A stretch of DNA of 34,897 nucleotides from a virus (taxonomy: Duplodnaviria > Heunggongvirae > Uroviricota > Caudoviricetes). Made by a program: the position numbers and the translations under genes. The stretch is taken from the IMG/VR virus record IMGVR_UViG_2579778778_000007. One strand, given 5' to 3'. The notes beneath the pieces were generated by a model. The model had not been told where the DNA came from. It ran no database searches and saw only the letters and a program-made list of their open reading frames with translations. The stretch's first letter is position 1, and each line of letters starts with the position of its first letter. Shown here piece by piece: positions 21,734-30,485 of this stretch.

Positions 21734-22916
21734 TTGGTAATGGGCGTTTATTGGTTCTGCTTTCCAGTGCGCGGTTAAGCTGCGTCAGAAGCACAACAAC
21801 GCAATCAAGCTCTTTGGCAAGGTTCTTCAGTCCTTTGGTGATCATGCCGTAAGCAAGGTCGTTGCGATCGGCCTTCTCAGCGGTCATTAGTGTCAGGTAA
21901 TCGACCAGAATCATGCCAACACATCCTTTTTCTCGCTTGATTCGACGGCTTTCGCTGACGATTTGAGCCAGAGATAATCCCGGCGTGTCGTCGATGTAAA
22001 GCAGGTCGATTTCACTCAAACGATTAGCTGTTTCGATCGCCCTGTTGAAGTCACCATCGTAATCACCCTGATAGCCGTCATCAGCGTCATTTGTCGCCGG
22101 AAGGTAAAAAATATTCGGGTTAACACCTGACTTCTGCCCTACCAGTTTTTCCAGTATCTGATCACCTGGCATTTCAAGGCTGAACATCAGAGCGGGCTTT
22201 TTCTCATGCACTGCGCAGTTGATTGCCATCTGGCTGTATAGCGTCGTTTTCCCCATCTTAGGGCGAGCGCCAATGACAAACAGAGAGCCTTTCACCAGAC
22301 CTTTCGGTGACAGCATCCTGTCCAGCGATGGGATCCCTGTGCTCATTCCTCGTTGTTCGCCTGACGGGTCAAATCGCTTCTCAAGGTCGCTAACCCAGTC
22401 TTCCATGACCTCACCAAATGAGCGAAGGCCGCGACGCGATCCGGTTTTTGCATGGTCTGTCAGTTGCGTGAAAATCGCCTGAATAGCTTCGTACTTCTGC
22501 GTCGCAGTCATTCCGTTGCGGGAATAGAGCAATTCCGTCGCTTCAGTCATGCGGTTGATGGCGTAGCGTTCCATTGCGGTTTCACGAACCTGCATTGCAT
22601 AGGCAACGATGTTTGCTGCGCTTGGCGTGTTCTTTGCGATCTCAGCGATATAAGCAAAACCGCCAACAGACACCGTTAACGATTTACGCTCCAGTTCATC
22701 GAAAAGCGTCAGGCCATCTACTGGCTTTTGCTCCCGGTGCATTCTGGTTATTTCTTCGAAAAGGATTTTGTGTGGTCGGCTGTAAAATGAATCGGGCTTC
22801 AGCATCGCCAGAACTTTCTGGACGCGCTCACTGCTGTCATCATCCAGAAGCAATCCACCAATCACCGCCTGCTCTGCCTCGATGCTATGGGGCGGCGCAT
22901 AAAAATTATCGGTCAT
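21690..22916 (-). CDS. Replicative DNA helicase (DnaB family)
   Basis: ORF track 21690-22931 (GTG); ATG at 22914-22916 with SD; N-terminal PHSIEAEQAVIGG and Walker A GARPKMGKT. Confidence 0.85.
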   Translation of the reverse strand: MTDNFYAPPHSIEAEQAVIGGLLLDDDSSERVQKVLAMLKPDSFYSRPHKILFEEITRMHREQKPVDGLTLFDELERKSLTVSVGGFAYIAEIAKNTPSAANIVAYAMQVRETAMERYAINRMTEATELLYSRNGMTATQKYEAIQAIFTQLTDHAKTGSRRGLRSFGEVMEDWVSDLEKRFDPSGEQRGMSTGIPSLDRMLSPKGLVKGSLFVIGARPKMGKTTLYSQMAINCAVHEKKPALMFSLEMPGDQILEKLVGQKSGVNPNIFYLPATNDADDGYQGDYDGDFNRAIETANRLSEIDLLYIDDTPGLSLAQIVSESRRIKREKGCVGMILVDYLTLMTAEKADRNDLAYGMITKGLKNLAKELDCVVVLLTQLNRALESRTNKRPLPSDSRDTGHPRNSSR

Positions 22917-23796
22917 CGTGTTCACCCTCACGAACTTTCAGGTAGGTATTGTCGTTAAGCAGGAAATCAAATCCCTTTTTGTGCCAGACGGTTCCGCGTT
23001 GATGGTTTGGACGCTCTTCGAACATCCATCGGCAATTTTCGCCTACGTAGCTCAAATAATTTCTCCAGTCCTGCATCGTGAACCCATGCCCGTCAAGCTG
23101 GCGGGTTATCACTCCGGCTTTGCGCCAGAACGTTCGGATCTGGTTTTTACGCTTGTCATTCAGTGCGCGGATTCTTGGCGCTTCAGGAAGGATTTCGTGG
23201 TAAGCATCGACAACATCCTGACAGCTGACGGGAGGTTTTTTCTTGTCAGACTTTTTGTCTGCTGTGGCACTCTCTAATACGTCAGTATTAGAGATATTAT
23301 TTATATTATTGTTTATGGACAACCGTTGGACAACCGTTGGACAATCTCCGCTGAGAGCCGCGCCATTACTTGTGTTTGCGTTGGACAACCGTTGGACAAC
23401 CGTTGGACAATTTTTTGCCTGAAAATCGTCATATTTAACGATTGTAAACAGGCTAAATTTCTTCCCCATCGAGCAAATATTAAGCATCCCTTTCGACTCA
23501 AAAGTCCGTAATAAGCTCCGAACTTTGTTGTCGGGGATGAATGTTTCTCTGACCAGCGACGGGCGTCCAGTTATCATCTGACCGCGATCAACAGTTATCG
23601 GCCCGATATCCGTATTGACGACAGTAGATTCGTGATTAGCCTTGAGGATTAAGTGAAGCCAAAGATGTACTGCCTGAGAGTCCTTATAGAGCCTGCTGTC
23701 CATAAACTGGCGGTGTATAGAGACATACCCCATACTGGATGCCTCCTGATGTTGTACAGGGTTATGCCTGTAATCAGCTAACTTAACGACGCCCAT
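22906..23796 (-). CDS. O: Replication initiator O-like protein (origin-binding), ori embedded in coding sequence
   Basis: ORF track 296 aa; iteron cluster inside the gene translates as repeated PTVVQRLS; followed by helicase gene. Confidence 0.75.
   Translation of the reverse strand: MGVVKLADYRHNPVQHQEASSMGYVSIHRQFMDSRLYKDSQAVHLWLHLILKANHESTVVNTDIGPITVDRGQMITGRPSLVRETFIPDNKVRSLLRTFESKGMLNICSMGKKFSLFTIVKYDDFQAKNCPTVVQRLSNANTSNGAALSGDCPTVVQRLSINNNINNISNTDVLESATADKKSDKKKPPVSCQDVVDAYHEILPEAPRIRALNDKRKNQIRTFWRKAGVITRQLDGHGFTMQDWRNYLSYVGENCRWMFEERPNHQRGTVWHKKGFDFLLNDNTYLKVREGEHDDR
23318..23412. repeat. Origin iterons: two clusters of three 11-bp direct repeats (GGACAACCGTT) followed by an AT-rich tract to about 23450
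   Basis: Read directly: 23318-23350 and 23383-23412. Confidence 0.8.
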
Positions 23797-23944
23797 GCTT
23801 CACTCCTGCTTTGGCTAGTCTGTAAACACCAACAAGGCGCTCTGCGAACGCCCTGTTATTTGCTGCGGCTACCACTAATCCCTCAGGTGAATCAGGGTGT
23901 CGAATCTCTTCTTTTTCCTGGTATTTCTTACGACGTTTTGTCAT
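23783..23944 (-). CDS. Hypothetical small basic protein (53 aa) between cII-like gene and O
   Basis: Hand-translated MTKRRKKYQEKEEIRHPDSPEGLVVAAANNRAFAERLVGVYRLAKAGVKHGRR; SD AGGAG 5 nt upstream; 3' end overlaps O start. Confidence 0.35.
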   Translation of the reverse strand: MTKRRKKYQEKEEIRHPDSPEGLVVAAANNRAFAERLVGVYRLAKAGVKHGRR

Positions 23945-23976
23945 AATTACTCCTGTGGATTGATCCAGTAATTCCC

Positions 23977-24273
23977 TCAGAATTGCATATCAATTTGCTT
24001 AAAATCCTCGGTGGCGGCCGGGGATTTTTTCTTTGTGATTTCATCAAGCGCATACTTAAAAGCCCTGCTAATCGGACTGATGTCTGATGCCATTCCGAAA
24101 GCACACAAGACCGAAGCAATAAATCTCCAGTCCGTTCTGCTTATCTTCGATTCATGACAGCCAATCATCTTTGCCAGACCGCGCTGGGTAAGCGTTGACA
24201 GGTTGATGAGTAAATCAGTTTCTGCGCGATCAATTTCTCGCTGTGTTGGCTTGCTGTAACTTGCTTGTGTCAT
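23977..24273 (-). CDS. cII: CII-like transcriptional activator (not lambda-type over most of its length)
   Basis: ORF track 98 aa; HTH-like TQRGLAKMIGCHESKISR; C-terminus KKKSPAATEDFKQIDMQF resembles remembered lambda CII tail; position after cro/nutR. Confidence 0.6.
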   Translation of the reverse strand: MTQASYSKPTQREIDRAETDLLINLSTLTQRGLAKMIGCHESKISRTDWRFIASVLCAFGMASDISPISRAFKYALDEITKKKSPAATEDFKQIDMQF

Positions 24274-24357
24274 TTGTTAATTTTCCAATAGTGAATAGTT
24301 AGTTGAAAGGTATGCGTGGAAACGCATATGGCCTTAGTTGGTCAGATATCTTGGGGC

Positions 24358-24393
24358 TCGCTTTGTCAGCGACGTAGGACGAATGTCCATTGT
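24358..24393 (-). promoter_or_regulatory. nutR-like site: boxA-like CGCTCTTTT (24385-24393) and boxB hairpin UCGCUGACAAAGCGA (24358-24372)
   Basis: boxB has same loop GACAA as nutL boxB at 27070-27084; boxA matches CGCTCTT consensus. Confidence 0.55.
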
Positions 24394-24410
24394 GAAAAGA
24401 GCGGTGTTAC

Positions 24411-24620
<210 letters not shown>

Positions 24621-24637
24621 TTAGTACATGCAACCAT

Positions 24638-24701
24638 TATCACCGCTAGAGGTAAAATAGTCAACACGCGCGGTGTTAGATATTTATCCCTTGCGGTGAT
24701 A
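24638..24701. promoter_or_regulatory. Lambda-type right operator OR1 (24638-24654), OR2 (24662-24678), OR3 (24685-24701) with pR/pRM
   Basis: 17-bp operators match remembered lambda OR; OR1 and OR2 each differ at one position from my remembered canonical sequence. Confidence 0.8.
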
Positions 24702-24708
24702 GATTTAA

Positions 24709-25425
<717 letters not shown>

Positions 25426-25502
25426 GGCCAGCAACGGATCACAACAAACACATGGGGCGGCGGATTAAGGGTGATGGAGAATCGAAATAAGTTGAGGTCA
25501 AC

Positions 25503-25658
25503 ATGAACACGTTCAGCATAATCGCGATACCTTTTTTTGCCCTTTCAGTGGTTCTGTTGACTCTTGGCGCTACCAGGAAGAACCAAGCCAGCTTCATCGT
25601 TGGCGGCGTGTTTATGGCGTCATGCGTGGTTAATGCCATTATCGGCATGTCTCTTTGA
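25503..25658 (+). CDS. Hypothetical small hydrophobic protein (51 aa, two predicted membrane helices), below ORF-track cutoff
   Basis: Hand-translated MNTFSIIAIPFFALSVVLLTLGATRKNQASFIVGGVFMASCVVNAIIGMSL; SD GAGG 5 nt upstream; 78 nt downstream of cI stop. Confidence 0.4.
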   Translation: MNTFSIIAIPFFALSVVLLTLGATRKNQASFIVGGVFMASCVVNAIIGMSL

Positions 25659-25850
25659 GCGCTATGAGATCAGGCATCCTCGTTACTTTGTCATGTGTGA
25701 CAGCCTGGTATGCACTCTGCGAGCTTTGATGTGGTTTACCACTTTAATAGTCACCGTATCACTAAACTGATTAGCTTTACTCATACTCTTGTGGATTCGC
25801 TATTTCTGATGTCAATGCAAAAAAATACTAAGGAAACAAAAAGGATACTT

Positions 25851-26117
25851 ATGTCAGATAACACTATTAAAATCATACCTCAGCACATGACCGCCACATC
25901 AGTTCTTATTACGCCTGATCGTGCTGAAACAATCATTACTTTTTACCGCCATGAATTTGAGCATCACATGCAGTCTGATGAGCAAGGAAATAATAGCTTC
26001 CAAGTAAAAGTTGAGTTGACCCCTAACATGTCAGTCTCAATGAGCCCGGATCAAGCTGTTGCATTAGTAAAATCATTACAGGTAGCTCTCAGGGATAATG
26101 GGCTATGGAAAGACTGA
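25851..26117 (+). CDS. Hypothetical protein (88 aa from ATG 25851)
   Basis: ORF track 25710-26117; ATG at 25851 preceded by AAAAAGGA; no recognised homology. Confidence 0.5.
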   Translation: MSDNTIKIIPQHMTATSVLITPDRAETIITFYRHEFEHHMQSDEQGNNSFQVKVELTPNMSVSMSPDQAVALVKSLQVALRDNGLWKD

Positions 26118-26755
26118 AGCCAGTTTCTTCAGTTCAACCTACCTCAGGAACAACATCATCAGTTCTTCCAAGTATTATAGTTAGTGCAACCCTAGCAGCG
26201 ACAACCGTTTCTCCTTATGGGGATCCATCTCAGTACCAAAGTATTGGTATTGATGCTAAGGTATCAAATAGAGTTTCATACGCCATGGACGAAACGGGTT
26301 TGCGCCCAAGTAAGGAAGATGTAGCGATGAAGAGTGATACCCTGGAGGTAAGCGTGAGCGGAATGTCCAGAGAAGAACTTGACGCAAAGCTTTCACAAAA
26401 CAAATCAGAGGTAGAGTCTATTGCTGCGGAAATGCGTCGCGAATCAGCTGACTTTAAAACCTATTATACTCAGCAATTTTCTTCTATTGAGAGAGGTATT
26501 GCTGAAATTAAAGGTGAAATCGGCGGTTTGAAAACGGGACTTACAACGACTCAGTGGGCGATGGCCGTTGGCTTGACTTTAGTTACTGTGATTCTGTCTG
26601 GCGTGATGTTAGCCTCAAGTTGGATTATCTCCGGCAATGACAAGTCACCATCAGTAACCAGCCCGGCTCCAATTATAATACAGGTACCGACACAGCAACC
26701 ATTAACGAGCGCTCCAACTAACCAATCGTCATCACAACAAGCTCCTAAGCAATAA
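26105..26755 (+). CDS. Hypothetical membrane-anchored protein: Ser/Thr-rich N-terminus, coiled coil, one transmembrane helix, Pro/Gln/Ser-rich tail (alternative start ATG 26327)
   Basis: ORF track 216 aa; 13-nt overlap with upstream gene; hydrophobic WAMAVGLTLVTVILSGVMLASSWII. Confidence 0.6.
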   Translation: MERLKPVSSVQPTSGTTSSVLPSIIVSATLAATTVSPYGDPSQYQSIGIDAKVSNRVSYAMDETGLRPSKEDVAMKSDTLEVSVSGMSREELDAKLSQNKSEVESIAAEMRRESADFKTYYTQQFSSIERGIAEIKGEIGGLKTGLTTTQWAMAVGLTLVTVILSGVMLASSWIISGNDKSPSVTSPAPIIIQVPTQQPLTSAPTNQSSSQQAPKQ

Positions 26756-26760
26756 ATAAA

Positions 26761-26787
26761 CCCGGCCACCGCGCCGGGTTTTCTTTG
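26761..26787 (+). terminator. Rho-independent terminator ending the cI-side operon just before OL
   Basis: CCCGGC-cac cgc-GCCGGG followed by TTTTCTTT, 6 nt after stop codon. Confidence 0.6.
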
Positions 26788-26938
26788 CCTCACGTTCGCC
26801 CCAAAACACATAACCAATTGTATTTATTTGAAAATTAATAGATACAACTCACTAAACATCGCAATTCAGATCTCTCGATCACCTCCCAAGCCACACACCC
26901 CTGCAAAAAAAATAAATCTATATAAAAAACATACAGAT

Positions 26939-27001
26939 AACCATCTGCGGTGATAAATTATCTCTGGCGGTGTTGACATAAATACCACTGGCGGTGATAC
27001 T
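26939..27001. promoter_or_regulatory. Lambda-type left operator OL3 (26939-26955), OL2 (26959-26975), OL1 (26983-26999) and pL (-35 TTGACA 26973-26978, -10 GATACT 26996-27001)
   Basis: Matches remembered lambda OL/pL; similarity to lambda ends about 15 nt after the -10. Confidence 0.85.
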
Positions 27002-27069
27002 AAACACATCAGCAGGACGCACTACTCACCAGGGCGGTGAATATACAACGATTCGAATATGAATCTACG

Positions 27070-27084
27070 GCGCTGACAAAGCGC
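27070..27084 (+). promoter_or_regulatory. nutL boxB hairpin GCGCUGACAAAGCGC (P22-type)
   Basis: Matches remembered P22 nutL boxB; between pL and N. Confidence 0.6.
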
Positions 27085-27249
27085 AATAACCAAAGTGAAC
27101 TTTGGGGTGTGGTGAAGGGTTCATGGACGGGAATATGTCGCACGTAAAGCGGCGAGGCCTGCGGGACTATTGCCGAATTGAAGTAGGCCGAAACAGGTCG
27201 AAATGGGTCTTCCACCTACCACACCACCAAAGTTCATCAGGAGGTCTAT

Positions 27250-27633
27250 ATGACACGCAGAACTCAGTTCAAAGGCAATTCACGTTCTCGTCGTCGTGAG
27301 CGTTTAAAGGCAAAGGCATTAGCTAACGGCGTACTGGCCCGCGAAGAAGCAATAAGTTCAGAAGTATTACACCGCCCTACTCTAAGCAGAGCGCAGATTC
27401 AGGCTAAAGGTACTCACGAAACGCCTGAGCGCATAGAAGACGCTAAGCCAATTAAGTTCATGGCACAGGACGTGATCTGGCAACAGAAAGAATACAGACG
27501 CAATCTGGAGAGAGCGGCCATTGTGTACGCGAATGAGTTTGGGCATAGGCAACCAGAAACTGGTGTATGTCTTCCAAATGTAGCTCTTTACGCGGCAGGC
27601 TACAGGAAATCAAAACAACTGACAGCGAGGTAA
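27250..27633 (+). CDS. N: N antiterminator, P22 gp24 / phage 21-type (not lambda-type)
   Basis: ORF track 127 aa; Arg-rich N-terminus; C-terminus LPNVALYAAGYRKSKQLTAR resembles remembered P22 gp24 tail; SD AGGAGG 5 nt upstream. Confidence 0.75.
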   Translation: MTRRTQFKGNSRSRRRERLKAKALANGVLAREEAISSEVLHRPTLSRAQIQAKGTHETPERIEDAKPIKFMAQDVIWQQKEYRRNLERAAIVYANEFGHRQPETGVCLPNVALYAAGYRKSKQLTAR

Positions 27634-27636
27634 GTG

Positions 27637-27861
27637 ATGAATCAGACATACATTCCATCATGCTTGAGAAATCTGCCAAAGCAGAAAGCAAAGCCCCGCA
27701 AGCAAGCCATAAAGGACGCTAAGGCAGAGGTTATTGATCAAGCAATACAATTGCTCAGGGAGGAGTTAAGAAGTGGCAAGCTCGAAGGAATGATGATGCC
27801 CTATCAGCGCGGATATCTATCGGCGATTAGTAAGTTGGAAGTATTGAAGAGTGAATTATGA
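27637..27861 (+). CDS. Hypothetical early-left protein
   Basis: ORF track 27634-27861; ATG 27637 with SD GAGG. Confidence 0.5.
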   Translation: MNQTYIPSCLRNLPKQKAKPRKQAIKDAKAEVIDQAIQLLREELRSGKLEGMMMPYQRGYLSAISKLEVLKSEL

Positions 27862-28175
27862 ACTATCTGGAATTTCCGGATGGTTCATTGTTTTGGCAGC
27901 AAACCACTTATTTGAGGTGGGATATGGAGTTTCATGAAAGTGCGATTTGTGATTTTCGCGCTAACGCAAATTCAGTAAAACCACAGCCAATTGCAGTTCT
28001 TTTTAAAACAATGGGTGCGTGGGCTGTTTTATGCTTCGCCGCTGACGACACTGACGCAAGAATGGCAATAGGCCAAGAGATGGAGATGGACCCGACAAAC
28101 GATGAATTCATAATTTATGGCGCTCCATCTAATTACTTACTTGATACCTGCAACATTTACAACAAGGCTGCCTGA
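27858..28175 (+). CDS. Hypothetical early-left protein
   Basis: ORF track 105 aa; ATGA overlap with upstream gene. Confidence 0.5.
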   Translation: MNYLEFPDGSLFWQQTTYLRWDMEFHESAICDFRANANSVKPQPIAVLFKTMGAWAVLCFAADDTDARMAIGQEMEMDPTNDEFIIYGAPSNYLLDTCNIYNKAA

Positions 28176-28543
28176 TGGTGGCCTTTATTTTTGGCATAAA
28201 CAATATTGGGGTAAAAATGAAAGTTTTAATGGTTTATGAAAATGTTCCAGAGTCGACTGAAATCTATATTTTTGATGCCAATGAAGATGAAGTTAACGAT
28301 TTAAAATTGTCTCACGGCAATTACACAAATGCTAATTGTGATGAAAGTATCGAAAAAGCACTATCACGTGTTCTTGTCAGAATCAGCGATCCAGAACATT
28401 GTGATAATGATTGGCTTTCTTATTGTGGAGCGGTAAAAACTGATGCAGGAAAATGGAGTAAAAGTAAAGTTGATAACTCAACTCCAATCATTATGAAAGA
28501 TAGTGATATTGAAATGGTAATAATAACCGGAATGATTGTGTAG
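28175..28543 (+). CDS. Hypothetical acidic protein (alternative start ATG 28217)
   Basis: ORF track 122 aa; AT-rich. Confidence 0.5.
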   Translation: MVAFIFGINNIGVKMKVLMVYENVPESTEIYIFDANEDEVNDLKLSHGNYTNANCDESIEKALSRVLVRISDPEHCDNDWLSYCGAVKTDAGKWSKSKVDNSTPIIMKDSDIEMVIITGMIV

Positions 28544-28649
28544 GATGCGAATAAGCGCTGTGTATTCATTCCAACGAGTGAATACACGGAGCAATGTCGC
28601 TCGTAACTAAACAGGAGACGACTTGTTCTGATTATTGGAAATCTTCTTT

Positions 28650-28676
28650 GCCCTCCAGTGTGAGGGCCTTTTTATA
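28650..28676 (+). terminator. Rho-independent terminator (GCCCTC-cagtgtg-GAGGGC-CTTTTTAT) upstream of cIII
   Basis: Read directly; positioned like a tL terminator that N-modified transcription reads through. Confidence 0.5.
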
Positions 28677-28739
28677 TGCATACCAATAATGCTTCACCAG
28701 AGGCATTTTCGTTATGCAATCAAACAGAAGGAGCATCCT

Positions 28740-28910
28740 ATGCAACAGTTCGCTATTGCAGGGGCGGCATCGGTTCGCCCTTTCAACCCGATTTTATCGG
28801 TACAGCATTCACGAAAAAACATTTTAACCGGAGCAGACTTTAAACAACCAAGAATGAAAAGCTTGCTCGAAAAGCTTTGGGATATTTTGAAACAACAAGG
28901 CCGTCCATGA
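28740..28910 (+). CDS. cIII: CIII-like protein
   Basis: ORF track 28635-28910; ATG 28740 with SD AAGGAG 6 nt upstream; MQQFAIAG...SLLEKLWDILKQQGRP resembles remembered lambda CIII. Confidence 0.55.
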   Translation: MQQFAIAGAASVRPFNPILSVQHSRKNILTGADFKQPRMKSLLEKLWDILKQQGRP

Positions 28911-29077
28911 GTTTTACAGATAACTGGTCAGACGAAGAATTCATTCGTCAGATGAAAGAATTAATCGGTAACGAAGGAGATATTCATGTCACTTGCAACC
29001 ACAGTGAAGGAGAGCAAGTTACAGAGACGCATGTACACGCAGCAGGCGTTAATGTATCGCCAGAAGGGAGATCGTGA
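28907..29077 (+). CDS. Hypothetical protein at the kil position (56 aa)
   Basis: ORF track 28877-29077; ATG overlaps cIII stop (ATGA); overlaps the next candidate in another frame. Confidence 0.3.
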   Translation: MSFTDNWSDEEFIRQMKELIGNEGDIHVTCNHSEGEQVTETHVHAAGVNVSPEGRS

Positions 29078-29156
29078 AGGTGTTCGCGTATTTTTAAATG
29101 CGGCAAAGACTGAAGTATTAAATCAGCGTTATTTCCTTGGGCCGTGTCCATTCTGA
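28986..29156 (+). CDS. Hypothetical protein at the arf position (56 aa), immediately upstream of erf
   Basis: Hand-translated MSLATTVKESKLQRRMYTQQALMYRQKGDREGVRVFLNAAKTEVLNQRYFLGPCPF; strong SD GGAG 6 nt upstream. Confidence 0.4.
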   Translation: MSLATTVKESKLQRRMYTQQALMYRQKGDREGVRVFLNAAKTEVLNQRYFLGPCPF

Positions 29157-29166
29157 GATCAAACAT

Positions 29167-29772
29167 ATGAGCAAAGAATTTTATGCAAGGCTGGCAGCCA
29201 TTCAGGAGAATCTGAACGCGCCAAAGAATCAGTACAACTCATTCGGTAAATATAAATACAGAAGCTGCGAAGACATTCTTGAAGGAGTTAAGCCGTTACT
29301 GAATGGTCTGTTTTTATCAATCAGCGATGAAGTTGTGTTGATTGGTGATCGGTATTACGTGAAAGCCACGGCAACTATTACCGATGGCGAAAACAGTCAT
29401 ACGGCAACCGCTCTTGCACGAGAGGAAGAAAGCAAGAAAGGAATGGATTCTGCACAAGTTACGGGAGCTACAAGCTCTTATGCACGCAAGTATTGCCTCA
29501 ATGGTTTATTCGGCATTGATGATGCGAAAGATGCAGATACCGACGAGCATAAACATCAGCAGAACGCAGCAGCAAAGCAATCAAAACCATCACCTACGCC
29601 TGAACAGGTTCTAAAAGCATTCACTGACGCAGCAATGCAGAAAAACACCGTGGAAGAGCTTAAACAGGCGTTCGCCAAAGCGTGGAAGATGCTCGAAGGC
29701 ACACCGGAGCAGCACAAAGCGCAGGACGTTTACAACATCAAACGAGACGAATTAGAAGGAGCGGCTGCTTAA
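29167..29772 (+). CDS. erf: Erf single-strand annealing recombinase (P22 Erf-like)
   Basis: ORF track 29137-29772; from MSKEFYARLAAIQENLNAPKNQYNSFGKYKYRSCEDILEGVKP closely matches remembered P22 Erf. Confidence 0.9.
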   Translation: MSKEFYARLAAIQENLNAPKNQYNSFGKYKYRSCEDILEGVKPLLNGLFLSISDEVVLIGDRYYVKATATITDGENSHTATALAREEESKKGMDSAQVTGATSSYARKYCLNGLFGIDDAKDADTDEHKHQQNAAAKQSKPSPTPEQVLKAFTDAAMQKNTVEELKQAFAKAWKMLEGTPEQHKAQDVYNIKRDELEGAAA

Positions 29773-30155
29773 TGGCACATTCGATTACTGTAAGACTAAA
29801 CAAGCCCGCAAGAGAGTTTCAGGCCGGGGAAAATATCGGATTCAACATCCGTGCTGGCGTTCAGTATTACGATCGCCAGACAAAAAAGAAAGAATGGACA
29901 AACTACAGCGCCGTTGTAGTTGCCAAGCCGGGAGCGCAAGCGGATTACTACCGTAGTGTTCTTGTTGAAGGTGGCATTGTGGAAATTACCGGAGAAAACA
30001 TCAGGGTTGATGTTTATCAGGGGCAAAATGGTCAATCAATCACTCTTGAATTACTGAATGCAAAGATTGGATTTGCAGCTTCAGGAAATGGCCCGCAGCA
30101 GCAAAGTAGTAACCAGCAGAACACTCCTGTATACGACGATTCCATCCCATTCTGA
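29772..30155 (+). CDS. ssb: Single-stranded DNA-binding protein-like (short SSB with C-terminal DDSIPF tail)
   Basis: ORF track 29682-30155; ATG 29772 overlaps erf stop; C-terminal acidic tail ...DDSIPF characteristic of SSB. Confidence 0.65.
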   Translation: MAHSITVRLNKPAREFQAGENIGFNIRAGVQYYDRQTKKKEWTNYSAVVVAKPGAQADYYRSVLVEGGIVEITGENIRVDVYQGQNGQSITLELLNAKIGFAASGNGPQQQSSNQQNTPVYDDSIPF

Positions 30156-30178
30156 TTCAGAAAAATAAGGATTTAATC

Positions 30179-30475
30179 ATGCCAGCGCCTCTGTATGGTG
30201 CGGATGACCCGCGCCGTTGTTCCGGCAATTCCATATCGGAGGTGCTGGATAAATTCAGAAAAAACTACGACCGGATAATGTCGCTACCGCAGGAAACGAA
30301 AGAGGAAAAGGAATTTCGCCACTGTATATGGCTTGCAGAGAAAGAAGAACGCGAGCGAATTTACCAGACATCAATCCGACCATTCCGCAAAGCCACATAT
30401 ACCCACTTCCCTGAATATATCGACCCGCGCCTGCGTAATTACCGCTCACGCTATGGCGCTATCAGTAATGACTGA
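30179..30475 (+). CDS. Hypothetical protein (positional analogue of P22 anti-RecBCD abc genes; homology not verified)
   Basis: ORF track 98 aa. Confidence 0.45.
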   Translation: MPAPLYGADDPRRCSGNSISEVLDKFRKNYDRIMSLPQETKEEKEFRHCIWLAEKEERERIYQTSIRPFRKATYTHFPEYIDPRLRNYRSRYGAISND

Positions 30476-30485
30476 GGAATTCACC

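Noticed and set aside
23928-24119. 63-aa minus-strand ORF
   Set aside because: Alternative frame inside the cII-like gene
24311-24328. Hairpin ATGCGT-ggaa-ACGCAT between nutR and cII as an intrinsic terminator
   Set aside because: No U-tract follows on the transcribed strand; at most a rho-dependent or structural element
25439-25770. ORF-track entries 25439-25648 (minus) and 25564-25770 (plus)
   Set aside because: The hand-found 51-aa plus-strand ORF with an SD explains this region better; these overlap it in other frames
25426-26790. Looked for lambda rexA/rexB
   Set aside because: Proteins here have different lengths and no resemblance to remembered RexA/RexB
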